Source: Octopus vulgaris (Eukaryota). From it: a stretch of DNA of 64,000 bases. Position numbers and translations under genes: made by a program. Positions 52,990 to 64,000 of this stretch are shown piece after piece. The stretch lies in NCBI GenBank assembly GCA_951406725.2, contig OX597825.1, forward strand, positions 45,694,001 to 45,758,000. Direction: 5' to 3'. Each line of letters starts with the position of its first letter. Position 1 is the first letter of the stretch. The notes under the pieces are model-generated. The model was given only the letters and a program-made list of their open reading frames with translations. It was not told where the DNA came from and made no database searches.

Positions 52990-53400
52990 TTCATTGAATG
53001 CAGAGAGTTATGCAGAGGAGAAACCTAGGTCTGCCTTGACAGCATTACAACAGCCAAGAAGCACAATTGGCAGAAATTCAATCCAGGACTGTGGATCTGG
53101 AGAGGCATGTAGAGTGGCCTTGAGCTGTTTATGAAACCGTTCGACCATCCCGTTGGAAGCTGGATGGTAACTGGTCGTGCGAATATGGTGCACAACTAGA
53201 ATTTGTGGCAATTCATGAAATAAAGAAGCTTCAAACTGGCGTCCGCGATTAGTAGTTAAGCTGGACAGAACTCCAAAGCAGGAAATCCAATTAGAGACAA
53301 AAGCTTGAGCAACAGATTCAGCAGAAATGTCTGCTATTGGAATGGCTTCTGGTCAATGGGAGAAACAATTGACACAGGTCAAGATATATAATTTTGCCTG
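52990..53400 (-). pseudogene. Gypsy-type LTR retrotransposon integrase fragment
   Basis: HIRTTSYHPASNGMVERFHKQLKATL...W..FLPIVLLG. Confidence 0.8.
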
Positions 53401-53761
53401 TCCTCATTGTACTTGTATTTCTTTGTATTTCCCATCCCTTCATTTCTGAGAAAGGCAGAGAAAAGCTGTTTTTTCTTTGCTTGCTTTCAGTCATTGTAAG
53501 TAAGAGAGTTCTATTATTCTCCATGAGGAGGGAGTGTCAAAAAGATGGACAAATGACTAAAAAGGTAAAGGGAGAGAAAGGCAGACAGAGTAAAGCAGAT
53601 TTATTTTACTGTCTTGAGTGGCAGAGATCACAGGATTGTCTATTCAAAGGGCTTAAAACTGTCCTCATAGTCAGACAGGTTTAGACTAGAAATGGGTGTT
53701 TGGTCAATTTGCAAGTTTGTTTTATTGCTGATTTCATATGATTATTGGTACTAAGAGTATA

Positions 53762-54263
53762 CAGTAATACCTTGATATATGAGTTAATTTGTTCCTGGAG
53801 GCTGCTCGTAAAGCAGAGCAATAATTTCCCATAGTGGCAATGTTATAAATCACAATTCATTCTCAGAAAAATATTTTACCTATTTAAAACAATAGAATGT
53901 AAAGAATATTTTGTGTAAAGTAAAAAGAATGTCAAGATCATTTATAATAAAATATATCATAATCATTTTCTGAATCACTTTCACTTGCACACATCATCAC
54001 TTGTAGATGCAATCACCAGTTCAAAAGCACTCGTGAACGGACTTGTAGATTTCTTTTTAAAAAATAAGTCTAGAGTTGTTTGTTTGAAAGAAGCTTTTTT
54101 GTTTTGTTCACTATAAATTTCTCAGTAACACACAGAAGCATTTGTTATGGTAGTAGAAACTTTTGCACTTCAGTCAAAATTTGTATCTTTATATTTATTA
54201 TAAAATAAAACTCATAAACTCGGGGTCTCATAAAGCAGGTCTTTGTAAAGTGAGGTATTACTG
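53762..54263. mobile_element. pogo/Tigger-like MITE
   Basis: TA-CAGTAATACCT...AGGTATTACTG-TA ends. Confidence 0.7.
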
Positions 54264-54274
54264 TATATTTTATT

Positions 54275-54625
54275 TTTCATCTTGTTTCAGTCGTTAGACT
54301 AAGCCATGCTGGGGCACTGCCTTGAAGGATTTTTAGTCAAATGAATCGAATCCAGTATTATTATTTTTTTAAAGTCTGGTATTCTATTGATTTCTCATGC
54401 CAAACCACTAACTTACATACACCAAGACTGGTTGTCAAGCGATGGTGAGGGACTCACACACATATATACAGTGGGCTTCTTTCAGTTTCCATCTACCAAA
54501 TCCCCTTAAGGCTTTGGTCAACCTGAGGCTATAGTAGCAGACCTTGCCCAAGGTACGACACAGTGGGACTGAACCCAGATCCATGTGGTTGGGAAGCAAA
54601 CTTCTTACCATACAGCCATGTCTGC
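54275..54625 (-). mobile_element. tRNA-derived SINE
   Basis: Reverse-complement homolog of 2663-3063. Confidence 0.8.
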
Positions 54626-55434
54626 TTTTTAAAAAGATTTAATCCATGGAGAATATTCTTGATTCCTTCTTAAGACCTGAATTCAGTCATGTTACTGTAG
54701 AGGTTTCTTATGAACTAGTTCACACTCGGAGTGAAAAGAAGCAACTGGCAACAATGATTTTTCTTATGATTAAAAAGCAAGGTTTTTATCCATTTATCCA
54801 TCCCAATGCTTTGAAATTTAATTTTAAATATTTAACATTTAAAAATGGTTATGTAAACAAAGTTAACTAGTACCTAAATATTTTGTTAGATTAAACCTTC
54901 AGGCTAAGATTATGTGCCCTTCCCCTCCATTGGTCAGTTGAAGTTTAGACAGTGTCACATGATAACTAGCTGGTGAGTATTTAAAGGGAAATTTGGCGGG
55001 ATGGTCAGTCACCCGCTGACACTTGTTGATGCTGCATCAAAGAGGCCAGGGAACAGAAGAAAGAAGGTGAAAAAAGAAATGCACTCTACACCACAGCTGA
55101 AGACATCTCCAATGGGGGGGGGGGGGCGTCAAAAACAGTAGGGGAGTAGGAGCCAAAACCAGTCATGGTTCCTCCTGATGATATCTTTAGCCACTGGATC
55201 CTATAAAGGAACTGTAGAGGTAGCAAACCACAAAATGTAGTTGGAATTCCCCTTCCAAGCTTTGATTCATTTATAAAGATTTTATCCCAGTAGCATTCTT
55301 CATTCACCTCCAGAATGGCAAGAGCCAGTTAGCTCAGTTTCTTTTCTACTTTCCCAATCTTTGCAACATCATTTTCGGAAAGGAGAAGTCAGTAAAGATA
55401 GAAAAACTGTATCACTGATAGAAGTCAAAAAAAT

Positions 55435-55700
55435 TTGTTAAATTCAACTGTGATCAAAAATTCCTTGCACAAATTTATGATGGATGGGCATTTGTACAGA
55501 GTGCAAGTAAGAATAAAGGAGGTTTTTGGTGTGAACATCATATTTGTATATTGTAATGCACATTCATTTAATTTGGTACTCTCTCAATCAGCTTCAAGTA
55601 TTTATGAATGTCAAATTTTCTTTCAAACTTTAAAAGGACTGCAACTTTTTTTCTCAAAGTCAGTGGCTTGAATAGCCCTATTGAATGAAATCGTTGAAAG
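55435..55700 (+). pseudogene. hAT transposase fragment
   Basis: IFVYCNAHSFNLVL matches the hAT CxxH motif. Confidence 0.55.
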
Positions 55701-56459
55701 ATGATTTCTAAAGTTACCTGAAACCTGTCGAAATTATTCATCTCAACAAGCATCCATTTAGTCTAACAAAATTACTGTTTTCTGGGGCACCGATTGCTAT
55801 TGATCTACAACAGTTTAACAATTCAACATTTAAACCAGCCATATCCAGCCCAATTAATCTATTTTATGTTCAAACTAGTCCTATCCAGCTTCTCACACCT
55901 ACCCTGTAATGTCATTGTAAAATTAGCATCATTGAAACCTCAAAGTTATGAGATATGTATGATTAATTCAAAACAGTGGATAAACAACATTATATTTGAG
56001 AGAAAAATCTGAAAGCTAAAGGATTAAATGGAATGTTAACAATATCAAATTCTCCAGTCTTAGATAGCTCAATATGTAACAAAGAAATGTATTACTCTCT
56101 AAAGTTGCAATAAAACTTGAGGCTTAAAAACAAATATGAATAGAATTAGCAATAAATTTAGATGGCTAAATTACTTTTAAGTTAACATCTAAAACATAAG
56201 CAGATGTATAAGATAATGCACCAGGCTCAATCAAAAATAGTTTTAATAAATGACTGAAATTTCCAATTTTCTAATCTTAATTTCTCTCTCTCTCTCTCTC
56301 TCTGTTACCCATGGACACTCAACTATAGAAGAAATGCTAATTTTGTGTGGTTATGAATATTTCTAAAACTGAATACTGATTTAATAAACAATGAAATAAA
56401 ATTGAATGATAAATCATAAAACTGTCAAATTAATAGTTATTAATTATTCTGATATCCTG

Positions 56460-58900
56460 TGGGTGCAGGAGTGGCTGTGTGGTAAGTAGCTTGCTTACGC
56501 ATGTGTTTGTTAGTTACTTCCAAATTTGAAAACTGTCAAGACGTGCTTTTGTAGCCGTCCTGAATTGAAGAAATATTGAAGGCATGACTGCAAGGTAGGC
56601 ATCTGTTTTTTTTTTTGGGGGGGGATTCACTGGGGTTTTGTTGTTTCATATTGTTTTTCTTTTTTCAAATAAGAAATCCTCACTGGGTCCCGGACATGTC
56701 CGGGACTCACTTAGCTGTGAGAATTGTTTGGTGGGTGTGTCTCGTCACCAAAATTTGAGAAAATTTTGAAAATTCAACCAATTTGTAGAGAATTTTTTGT
56801 GTGTTCCTGCTGCTACTGTGACCTGGAGTATCTGTGTGGAGTACCAGTTTTTGGAATACCAGTGGGCCAGGATTACTGGGTGGGCGGAATTGTGTTGCCA
56901 TGACTTGAACTGTCTTCCTTTGTTCTTTTTCTCTAATCTGTCTTTTTGCTCTTTTTGTTTATTTTGGACTTTATTTAGACTTTTTGTCTGAACTATTTTT
57001 TGGACTCGCTTTTCTGCAAGCATGGCAAAAAATACTGTGTTGGAGTGGGAGATTGTACTCCTCTCCCAGGCAGTGGATAAAAGACTTCAACAAGAGAACG
57101 GTGGTGTTGAGAACGTATTCCAAGTCTCTCGACACCATCACAGTGTTCCCTCAAATTGAAATAGAAAAAGAGTTGGCAGAATATCTGCCAACTATTAAGT
57201 TTATTGCCAGGGGTGTCAAGTTTGCAAGGGTGTGGTTGCTATTTGATACCCCTGAGGAGGCTCGCAATTTTGCAAGCCAGCCCTTAGAAGGGCAAAAAAT
57301 TCTGTTTCTTCCCACATATTGTGGGAAGAAATTAACAAGAGCTTGGGTTTGTGGGCTGCCACCCAGGATAGAACCCGAGTGGATAGAAGACACTATCTGC
57401 TGGGGTCAGGGTGGCAGTGGAGCTAAGCTCCTAAATGTTAAAATTCTGCCTGCAGCTGATTGGGTGGGGTCAAAAGTGGTTTTGACCCTGTGGACCCAAT
57501 CAGCCAATAATCTGGTTTTCCCAGATTTTTTGAGAATGGTTGGTTCTAGGTATCCAGTGATTCTTGCAAGATGCCCCCCCCTAAGTGTCACCTGCACCTG
57601 GAACCAAACCACATTAAAAAGAACTGTCACCAGGACTAAGGTAAGGTCCTGGAGTTAATAAAAGTAGTGCCCTCTGCTCCCCCATTGGAGGGAGAGATGG
57701 AGCAGTTGAGGGGGTGGAGACATCAAAAAAAGGGGAAAAAAAAAGAAAGAAGGTGGGCAACCACTTGCCCAACAAACGAGCCTAAAGCTGCGAGAGGGGA
57801 GGAAGATCTCCTGGATAAAACAGAGGTACCACACCCTCCTGTAGCAAAGGGGAGAAAAAGAAAATAGAAAAGAATGGGACACTGCTGGCGGTTGATGGTA
57901 CACTGCCGGCATGCCCTGAAACTTTGTCGGAAATTGTACCACTGACAGAGGAAATTGTGGCCCCTCCCAGTGCGATGAGAGATGATTTTGTTATCTTCCT
58001 CCGTAAGGGATGCGCAATACAGATCTTCATAAGGAAGCTAGAGGGCTGGAGGGAGGAGCCCATGCCCTTGGCTGAAGACCTGGATTGGCCTTTGCAGTGA
58101 CTACGGAGGTCATATCAGAAGTCAATATGTTCAGAGTGTTTGACTCCTTCCTGAAGGACCAGTTTAGGTTCGCCTTCTGGGGGGCCCCACCCGGAGCTGG
58201 ATCATTGCCTGCAGGAGGCATACAACATGGTCAGGGAGGAAGGATAAAGAGGCTTTAGTGCCTAAAATGTTTATTGTATGTTATTGTTTGTAAGAGGCTC
58301 AGCACCTCAATTTGTAATGGACTATTAAGTTCAGTAATTGTAAGAACTTGGGTAAGAGGTTTAATACCTCGTTTTGTTTTTTGAAGAAGCAGAAGATCAG
58401 CAGGCATCTTTTGCTCCTCTCATTAATATCATAATTTCGTTTATCATTTCATCTCATATATGTAATGTCCAGCCCACAGCTACATCTGTGTAATGCCCTT
58501 GTGGCAAATTATATTAATAAAAGTAGCTTGCTTACCAACCACATGGTTCTGGGTTCATCCCCACTGCATGCCACCTTAGGCAAGTATCTTCTACTATAGC
58601 CTTGGGCTGACCAAAGCCTTGTGAGTGTATTTGGTAGACAGAAACTGAAAGCAGCCCGTCGTATATATGTATATATATATATATATGTATGTGTGTGTAT
58701 ATGTTTGTGTGTCTGTGTTTGTCCCCCCAACATTGCTTGACAACCGATGGTGTGTTTACATCCCCATAACTTAGCAATTCAGCAAAAGAAACCAATAGAA
58801 TAAGTACTAGGCTTCCAAAGAATAAGTCCTGGGGTCAATTTTCTTGACTAAAGGCGGTGCTCCAGTATGGCTGCAGTTAAATAAATGAAACAAGTAAGAG
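56460..58900 (+). mobile_element. tRNA-derived SINE split by a 2-kb insertion
   Basis: The head at 56460-56498 continues at 58521-58900. Confidence 0.85.
56499..58520 (+). mobile_element. ORF1-only non-LTR retroelement with 15-bp TSD
   Basis: The TSD aagtagcttgcttac lies at 56484-56498 and 58521-58535, with an A-rich 3' end. ORF about 57020-57660 resembles an RRM-type ORF1 and has a frameshifted zinc-knuckle-like KCHLHLEPNHIKKNC. No RT is seen. Confidence 0.75.
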
Positions 58901-59829
58901 AGAGAGAGAGAGAGAGAGATAATATTTTTACTGAAAATTTGACATTATAATTTAATTAAATAACAAAATGCACTAATTAACAATGAAAAAATAGTATTGG
59001 TTACAGTTAATTGGTGGAAACTGACTTCTTTAAAAATATTAAATCACTCTAGCCCATAAATTAAGATTATTTAAATATTTCATAAAATGAATTCAACTCA
59101 AGTATTGTATTAATTTTATATTTGCTCCCAACTAGAATAACATGTTAATGAATATTAACAATATTATTTTGTTGTACATTGTTTAAGATCTGATGATATT
59201 TTAAGCTGCTCTTGTGTCCAGTCAATAAATAAAAAAACATTGTAATTTTATGACATTAGCTGACATTAGTTGACTAATTATTCAGGTATACAGAGAAACC
59301 TTATCTGAAAGCTGGATGTTATTTTTAGCATGAACAGAACATCTGGCAATGTATATTTACAAGGTTACACACACATTATTAACTGCACTTGTGCTATCTA
59401 TCAGCCACTGGCTTTAAGTTTATTTCATCTATAATTTGTTTTAAGAAACAGCTTAATTCAAGGATATTGTAATTGAGATAACAATGTAATTGAAAATTAA
59501 TGAACTTTATGATCTTGAAATAAACTATGTCAAATAACAGACAATATCATGAATGTACAAAGTCAAGTTTCTGATTTTGTGTCACAATGTCAAACAACAG
59601 TAGTCAACATAAACCTAGAGAGTTTCTATATGATCATTCAGCCTGCTGGAAATAGAAACTAAATCTCTCTTTAATAACATATTACTGACTTAGAAGATGT
59701 TGGAGAATATAGTCATGGATAGCTTACCTGAAAAATAAGATAAATCATAAGTCTACTCAAACATATCTGGCCTGGCATTAAATAACAGCAGTATTTGTTA
59801 AATTTAATAGAATGAAATATATATATATA

Positions 59830-61985
59830 TTTGTTTTGCAAGATTTTTGATTTGAAATCGTGTGTTGAAACAGATATTGTTGTATTTAGGAATGGTCATT
59901 TTGCCAGTTTAGCCAATAAAAACATATGCACTATATATTTGGTGTTACTTTGCTTCAGCGTTATTTACTTTTTACATTAATCTTAATCTTATTTTGGCCA
60001 GAGTTCTTTCTTCACATTCCTGTGACCTCATCAGTGGTCCTTTGCTTTCTTCTTTCTTATTTCTGTGTCTCTCCTTACTAACGGTCAGCCATTTTGTATT
60101 TTGCATTCCTATTGTATGTGTCTTCAATTGCGCATGCTTATACCTCTATGTGTGTCTATGTTTAGTTAGTGTGTGTGTGGGGCGGAGTGCCTGTAATATT
60201 TGTATCTCCTCTTTATATACGTTCATGTAATTTGTTTTTGTTTTTGTTTATTTTCATTTTGTTCATGTGTTTACACCAACTTTTTTTTTAATGTATATAG
60301 TTATTTACTTCCATTTGTTTATTTATCTGTGTATTTTATTATGTTTTTAGTTTTGTTTATATTGTTACCAGTTTATGGGGATCTTCTTCTGTCATATGCT
60401 GTGGTGTGTGCTAGTGTTCCATTCCAGTTTCCTATTCAGATTAGGTTTATCTTCTATTATGTGTGTAGCTTCCGTAATTTGTCTGATTGTTGCGTCTGTT
60501 CTATGTGTGGACAAGATTTTAACTTCTATGTTGTTGATTGAGCCCCCATGTTCCTGCTCGGCATGTTGGTACAGAACTGATGAGCTTTTTTCTTCCTTAA
60601 GTTCTCTCCAATGTCATTTACCTGCTCTCCTATGCTCCGTGCCGTTTTCCCTACGTATGTCGTTGTCTTGTTACTGCATCGTCCCTCTATACATCTTATA
60701 CTATAGACTACATTTCTGGCTTTACAGTTTGTTTGTGGGCTAAATCTACACACAGTACAGTTCCTATCTGTACAGGGGGTTCTACTAAAAGGGTGGGTTC
60801 TACTGATTAGGGATTTGATAGGGTTGCCTTTCAACAACCTTAATCCTTAGCTTAAGTTTGTCTAGGGTCCTTCTAAAGCGGTACGCCAGTTTGCCTCTAG
60901 GGGTGGTGTCGACGAACATGACACTCTGGTATTTATGGCTATCATACCAAGAGTTGGCCTTCCCTATTTTCTTCTTAGTCCTTTCAATAGTGTTCCATGA
61001 CTTGCTCCTATAGAGTGGGCAAATCCCATTCCTATCATTACATAAGATAGTATCAAATTTCTTCATGGCTCCTTTGTATACTCTGATCCTTCGTTATGGC
61101 TGTAACCTGAGAACTGCATGCGGTGAACAAAATGTTGTATGTGTCTCTTTAACTCTGTTGGCTCACACATGCGAGACACATTTCACATTATTATGACAAG
61201 GTCTGCCATCAAAATATTGAATTTGGCATTGTCTGCGATAGATGAGTTCCGATGGATCAAGTATTTGGAGGCCATAGGTTTGGCATAGTATGAATGAAGG
61301 ATTCGGGTTTTATTATTCTCAGTTTCCAGCCAGAGTTCTGTGTCTAGTACTGATAGTCTATGGTTAGGGTGTTTAGTGGGGTAGTCTATTGTGACCTTAA
61401 TACTCTGGTGGATGGAGTTAGCTATTTGCTGGATGCTCTCCATAGTATTAGTTTCTATTTTTATTTCAAGAGTACTCTCTTGTGGGGGTGCCTTTACCAC
61501 TATGTTGATATCGTCAACATAGTGAGAGTACATGTTCACGAGTGTGGAGTTCTGTGTCAGGCGTTCCTTAAGCCTTCTGTCCCTCCATACCATGAAAAGG
61601 TTGGCCACATCACCCGCGATACTAACGCCGATGGCTGCCTCCTCGTCCTGGGCATATATTTTGTTGTTAAACTTAAACGTGTGGCCTTTTAGGGTAACTC
61701 TTATACTAGCTCCTAGTGCATGTGCGATCATTTTCTTTACCTGATGGACATTTGTGGGGGTCCATATGGCTCTGGTCCATCCACTCCATCTCTCTATATG
61801 GGTCTTCCTAGCCATAGAAGTAATTGTGGGTGGTCTACCTCTTAAATGTCTACTGGGGCAGAAACTACTAAGATCATGTTTATTTAGGTATTTGTTGTCA
61901 TATGTCAGTCTAACTGCACTCTTCATAACTTGCACTAAGAATAAATACAAAGTAAAATTACTATCTGCTTTTATAGGAAGTTGAT
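59830..61985 (-). mobile_element. Penelope-like element (RT, GIY-YIG, pLTR), frameshifted
   Basis: FKFNNKIYAQ..AIG, HYVDDI, VLDTEL, YAKP and CKARNVVYSIRC..YVGKTARSIGE. Confidence 0.88.
59996..60039 (-). ncRNA. Minimal type I hammerhead in the PLE 3' region
   Basis: Minus strand: gacca CTGATGA g gtcaca ggaa tgtgaa GAAA gaac TC tggcc. Confidence 0.65.
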
Positions 61986-62980
61986 TTTATCCTGTCCCCC
62001 TCCATCTTTTAGTTCATGCAATTGAAAAAATTGCATTATTTATGGGATGACTCAATACATGCTATAATTGGGCTGTCTGACAAAACATCTAATTCAGAAA
62101 CAATATTACAAGAGTATGCATGATGTGGTTGAAGGCTATGCTCGTATTTTGTTTGAAATTTTTAAATGTATGTCATAGGATAGCAGATCTTTTTATGGTA
62201 GATCAAGCTGTGAAAACCATATACAAAGCAAAGAGACTTATAATAAAGATGTTTGTTTTCAACTAGTGCTATCACCTTTGATAAGCAATAGATTAGTTGT
62301 TGACAGAGAGGCTGTTCTTTTTCGAGTATGAGATAAACTATTGAGTATTTTGCCATAAGTGAGCATAGAATACTATACAGAGAGAAAGGGTGAAGGATTT
62401 AGTGTGGAAATGGACCATTTGGAAGCAGACAATAATAAAAAGAATTCAGTCAGGATGATTGTTTATTGGGATTCATCCTAATAAGGCAACCAGTCCTGAA
62501 GATTACTCAGCTGATGATGGCTGGGTAAGAGATTAAGTCTACTACCCAAGAACAGGAATGTTCTCTCAATAGACTTCCACTCAGTGTATGTCTACCAAAT
62601 TTCATTCACAAGGCTATGGTCCATGCAAAGTAAGACACCAGCCAAGGTACCCGAAAAGATGCTGTAAGCATTTGATTTCTATATTTATGTGGAAACCAGT
62701 CTTATATATATATTCTCTGTTCAGAAGAGAATGAATACTTTGCTTCAAATAAAATATTTAAGAAAAGACTTCTTTCTTTATGATCTCCATAACTGATATT
62801 ACAGCTCATATGACAGGCTATACAGAATATACTAACACTGTAAAAATAGTCAAATGTAAACACTTTGTAAATACAATATCTTCATGTACCAGAATATATT
62901 ATACATACAAACTAGTCTATGCAATGTACTGAAGTCTATAGTTATAAGGAGAGCTTTCATAAACAGTTAAAGAGGTTTTT

Positions 62981-63021
62981 CAGTCACTGATGAAATCCCA
63001 GGATTGAAACTAGTCCTGCTG
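62981..63021 (+). ncRNA. Minimal type I hammerhead motif (orphan)
   Basis: cagtca CTGATGA aatc cca ggatt GAAA ctag TC ctgctg. Stem III is palindromic and stem I is imperfect. Confidence 0.55.
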
Positions 63022-63584
63022 ATCCCTTTTAAACTGAAAAACTTAATTTGAAGTGCTTTAACAATATTTAGAAAGAAGATGCACTTTTATCATTGTATTA
63101 ACATATTTTCAATATAGTTATAATGAATTATGCCTACTGAGTTGACTACTTGACTGTAGATGAATTACAAATACAGTTAAAAAATGTCGGCATTTTATTC
63201 TCCAACTACATTGTAAACACAGCAGAGTCGACATTTCAAGCTAGAAATTTCAATAAACAGATAAAGGAAAATTGCTTTGTTTAAATAAATATTAGAACAT
63301 CTTTTTAACCAAGGTGGAAGCAAAAGGTTGATAGAAGAAACAGGTCATTAATATTGATTTCAAATTTTGGCACAAAGCCAAGTCCAGGAGAAGGGACAAG
63401 TCAATTATATCAACCCTTGTACTCCACTTGTACTTACTTTATTGACCCTAAAAGGATGAAAGGCAAAGTCAACCTCAGTGGAATTTGATCCAGGACTGTA
63501 AAGATGGGATGAAATGCTACAAAACATTTTGTCCAATGTGCTAATGATTCTGCCAGCAGATCATTAATATTTATAAATCACTTT

Positions 63585-63786
63585 TATTTGTTTCAGTCAT
63601 TTTTACTGTAGCTATGCTGGAGCACTTTTAGTCAAAGAAATCGCCCCCTGGATTTATTTTTGTAAGTCTGGTACTTATTCTACCAGTCTCTTTTACTGAA
63701 CTGCTAAGTTACAGGGACATTAAGTTACCCACCAAGATCAATTGTCAAGCGATGGTGGAGGAACAAACATAGACATGAACACACAT

Positions 63787-63867
<81 letters not shown>

Positions 63868-63965
63868 CAACAGGCTTCTTTCAGTTTCAATCAACCAAAT
63901 CCATTCACAAGGCTCTGGTCAGCCCGAGGCTATAGTAGAAGACACTTGCCCAAGGTGCCATGCCT
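63585..63965 (-). mobile_element. tRNA-derived SINE with internal (CA)n, head truncated
   Basis: Reverse-complement homolog of 2663-3063. Confidence 0.8.
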
Positions 63966-64000
63966 GTGCCTGATAATATATATTAAGCCTTCAGAACAAT

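Noticed and set aside
62200-62345. Possible host exon (stop-free stretch in non-repetitive DNA)
   Set aside because: No recognisable protein similarity or convincing splice-site pair, so it cannot be supported without transcript data.
62495-62520. CTGAAGA and CTGATGA boxes as another hammerhead
   Set aside because: No GAAA box or supporting stems are present nearby.

Overview
This is AT-rich eukaryotic repeat DNA, most likely from an octopus or other coleoid cephalopod. That assignment is an inference from the SINE families, (TA)n microsatellites and transposon spectrum. I can support no host gene. The window is a mosaic of transposon remnants: Helitrons, mariner/Tc1/pogo/hAT elements, GG-ended MITEs with 8-bp target site duplications (TSDs), RTE-, CR1- and HERO-like LINEs, Penelope-like elements (PLEs), a Gypsy integrase fragment and tRNA-derived SINEs. 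Most ORFs in the supplied track are microsatellite noise. The main signal is non-coding: by-eye folding finds about 15 hammerhead ribozyme (HHR) motifs or remnants in many unrelated repeat families. (i) A young, palindromic array of non-coding 534-535 bp monomers carries one HHR per monomer (retrozyme-like, 15610-17352). (ii) Minimal HHRs show all four Watson-Crick versions of the 3-8 core pair (C-G, G-C, A-U, U-A). (iii) In three unrelated elements the three hammerhead strands occur in a non-circularly permuted, pseudoknotted order (8691-8753, 6665-6712, 26302-26361). Other notable items are a 2-kb ORF1-only retroelement inserted with a 15-bp TSD into a SINE tRNA head, and a 305-bp locally templated insertion. 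All structures were paired by hand and no activity is demonstrated.
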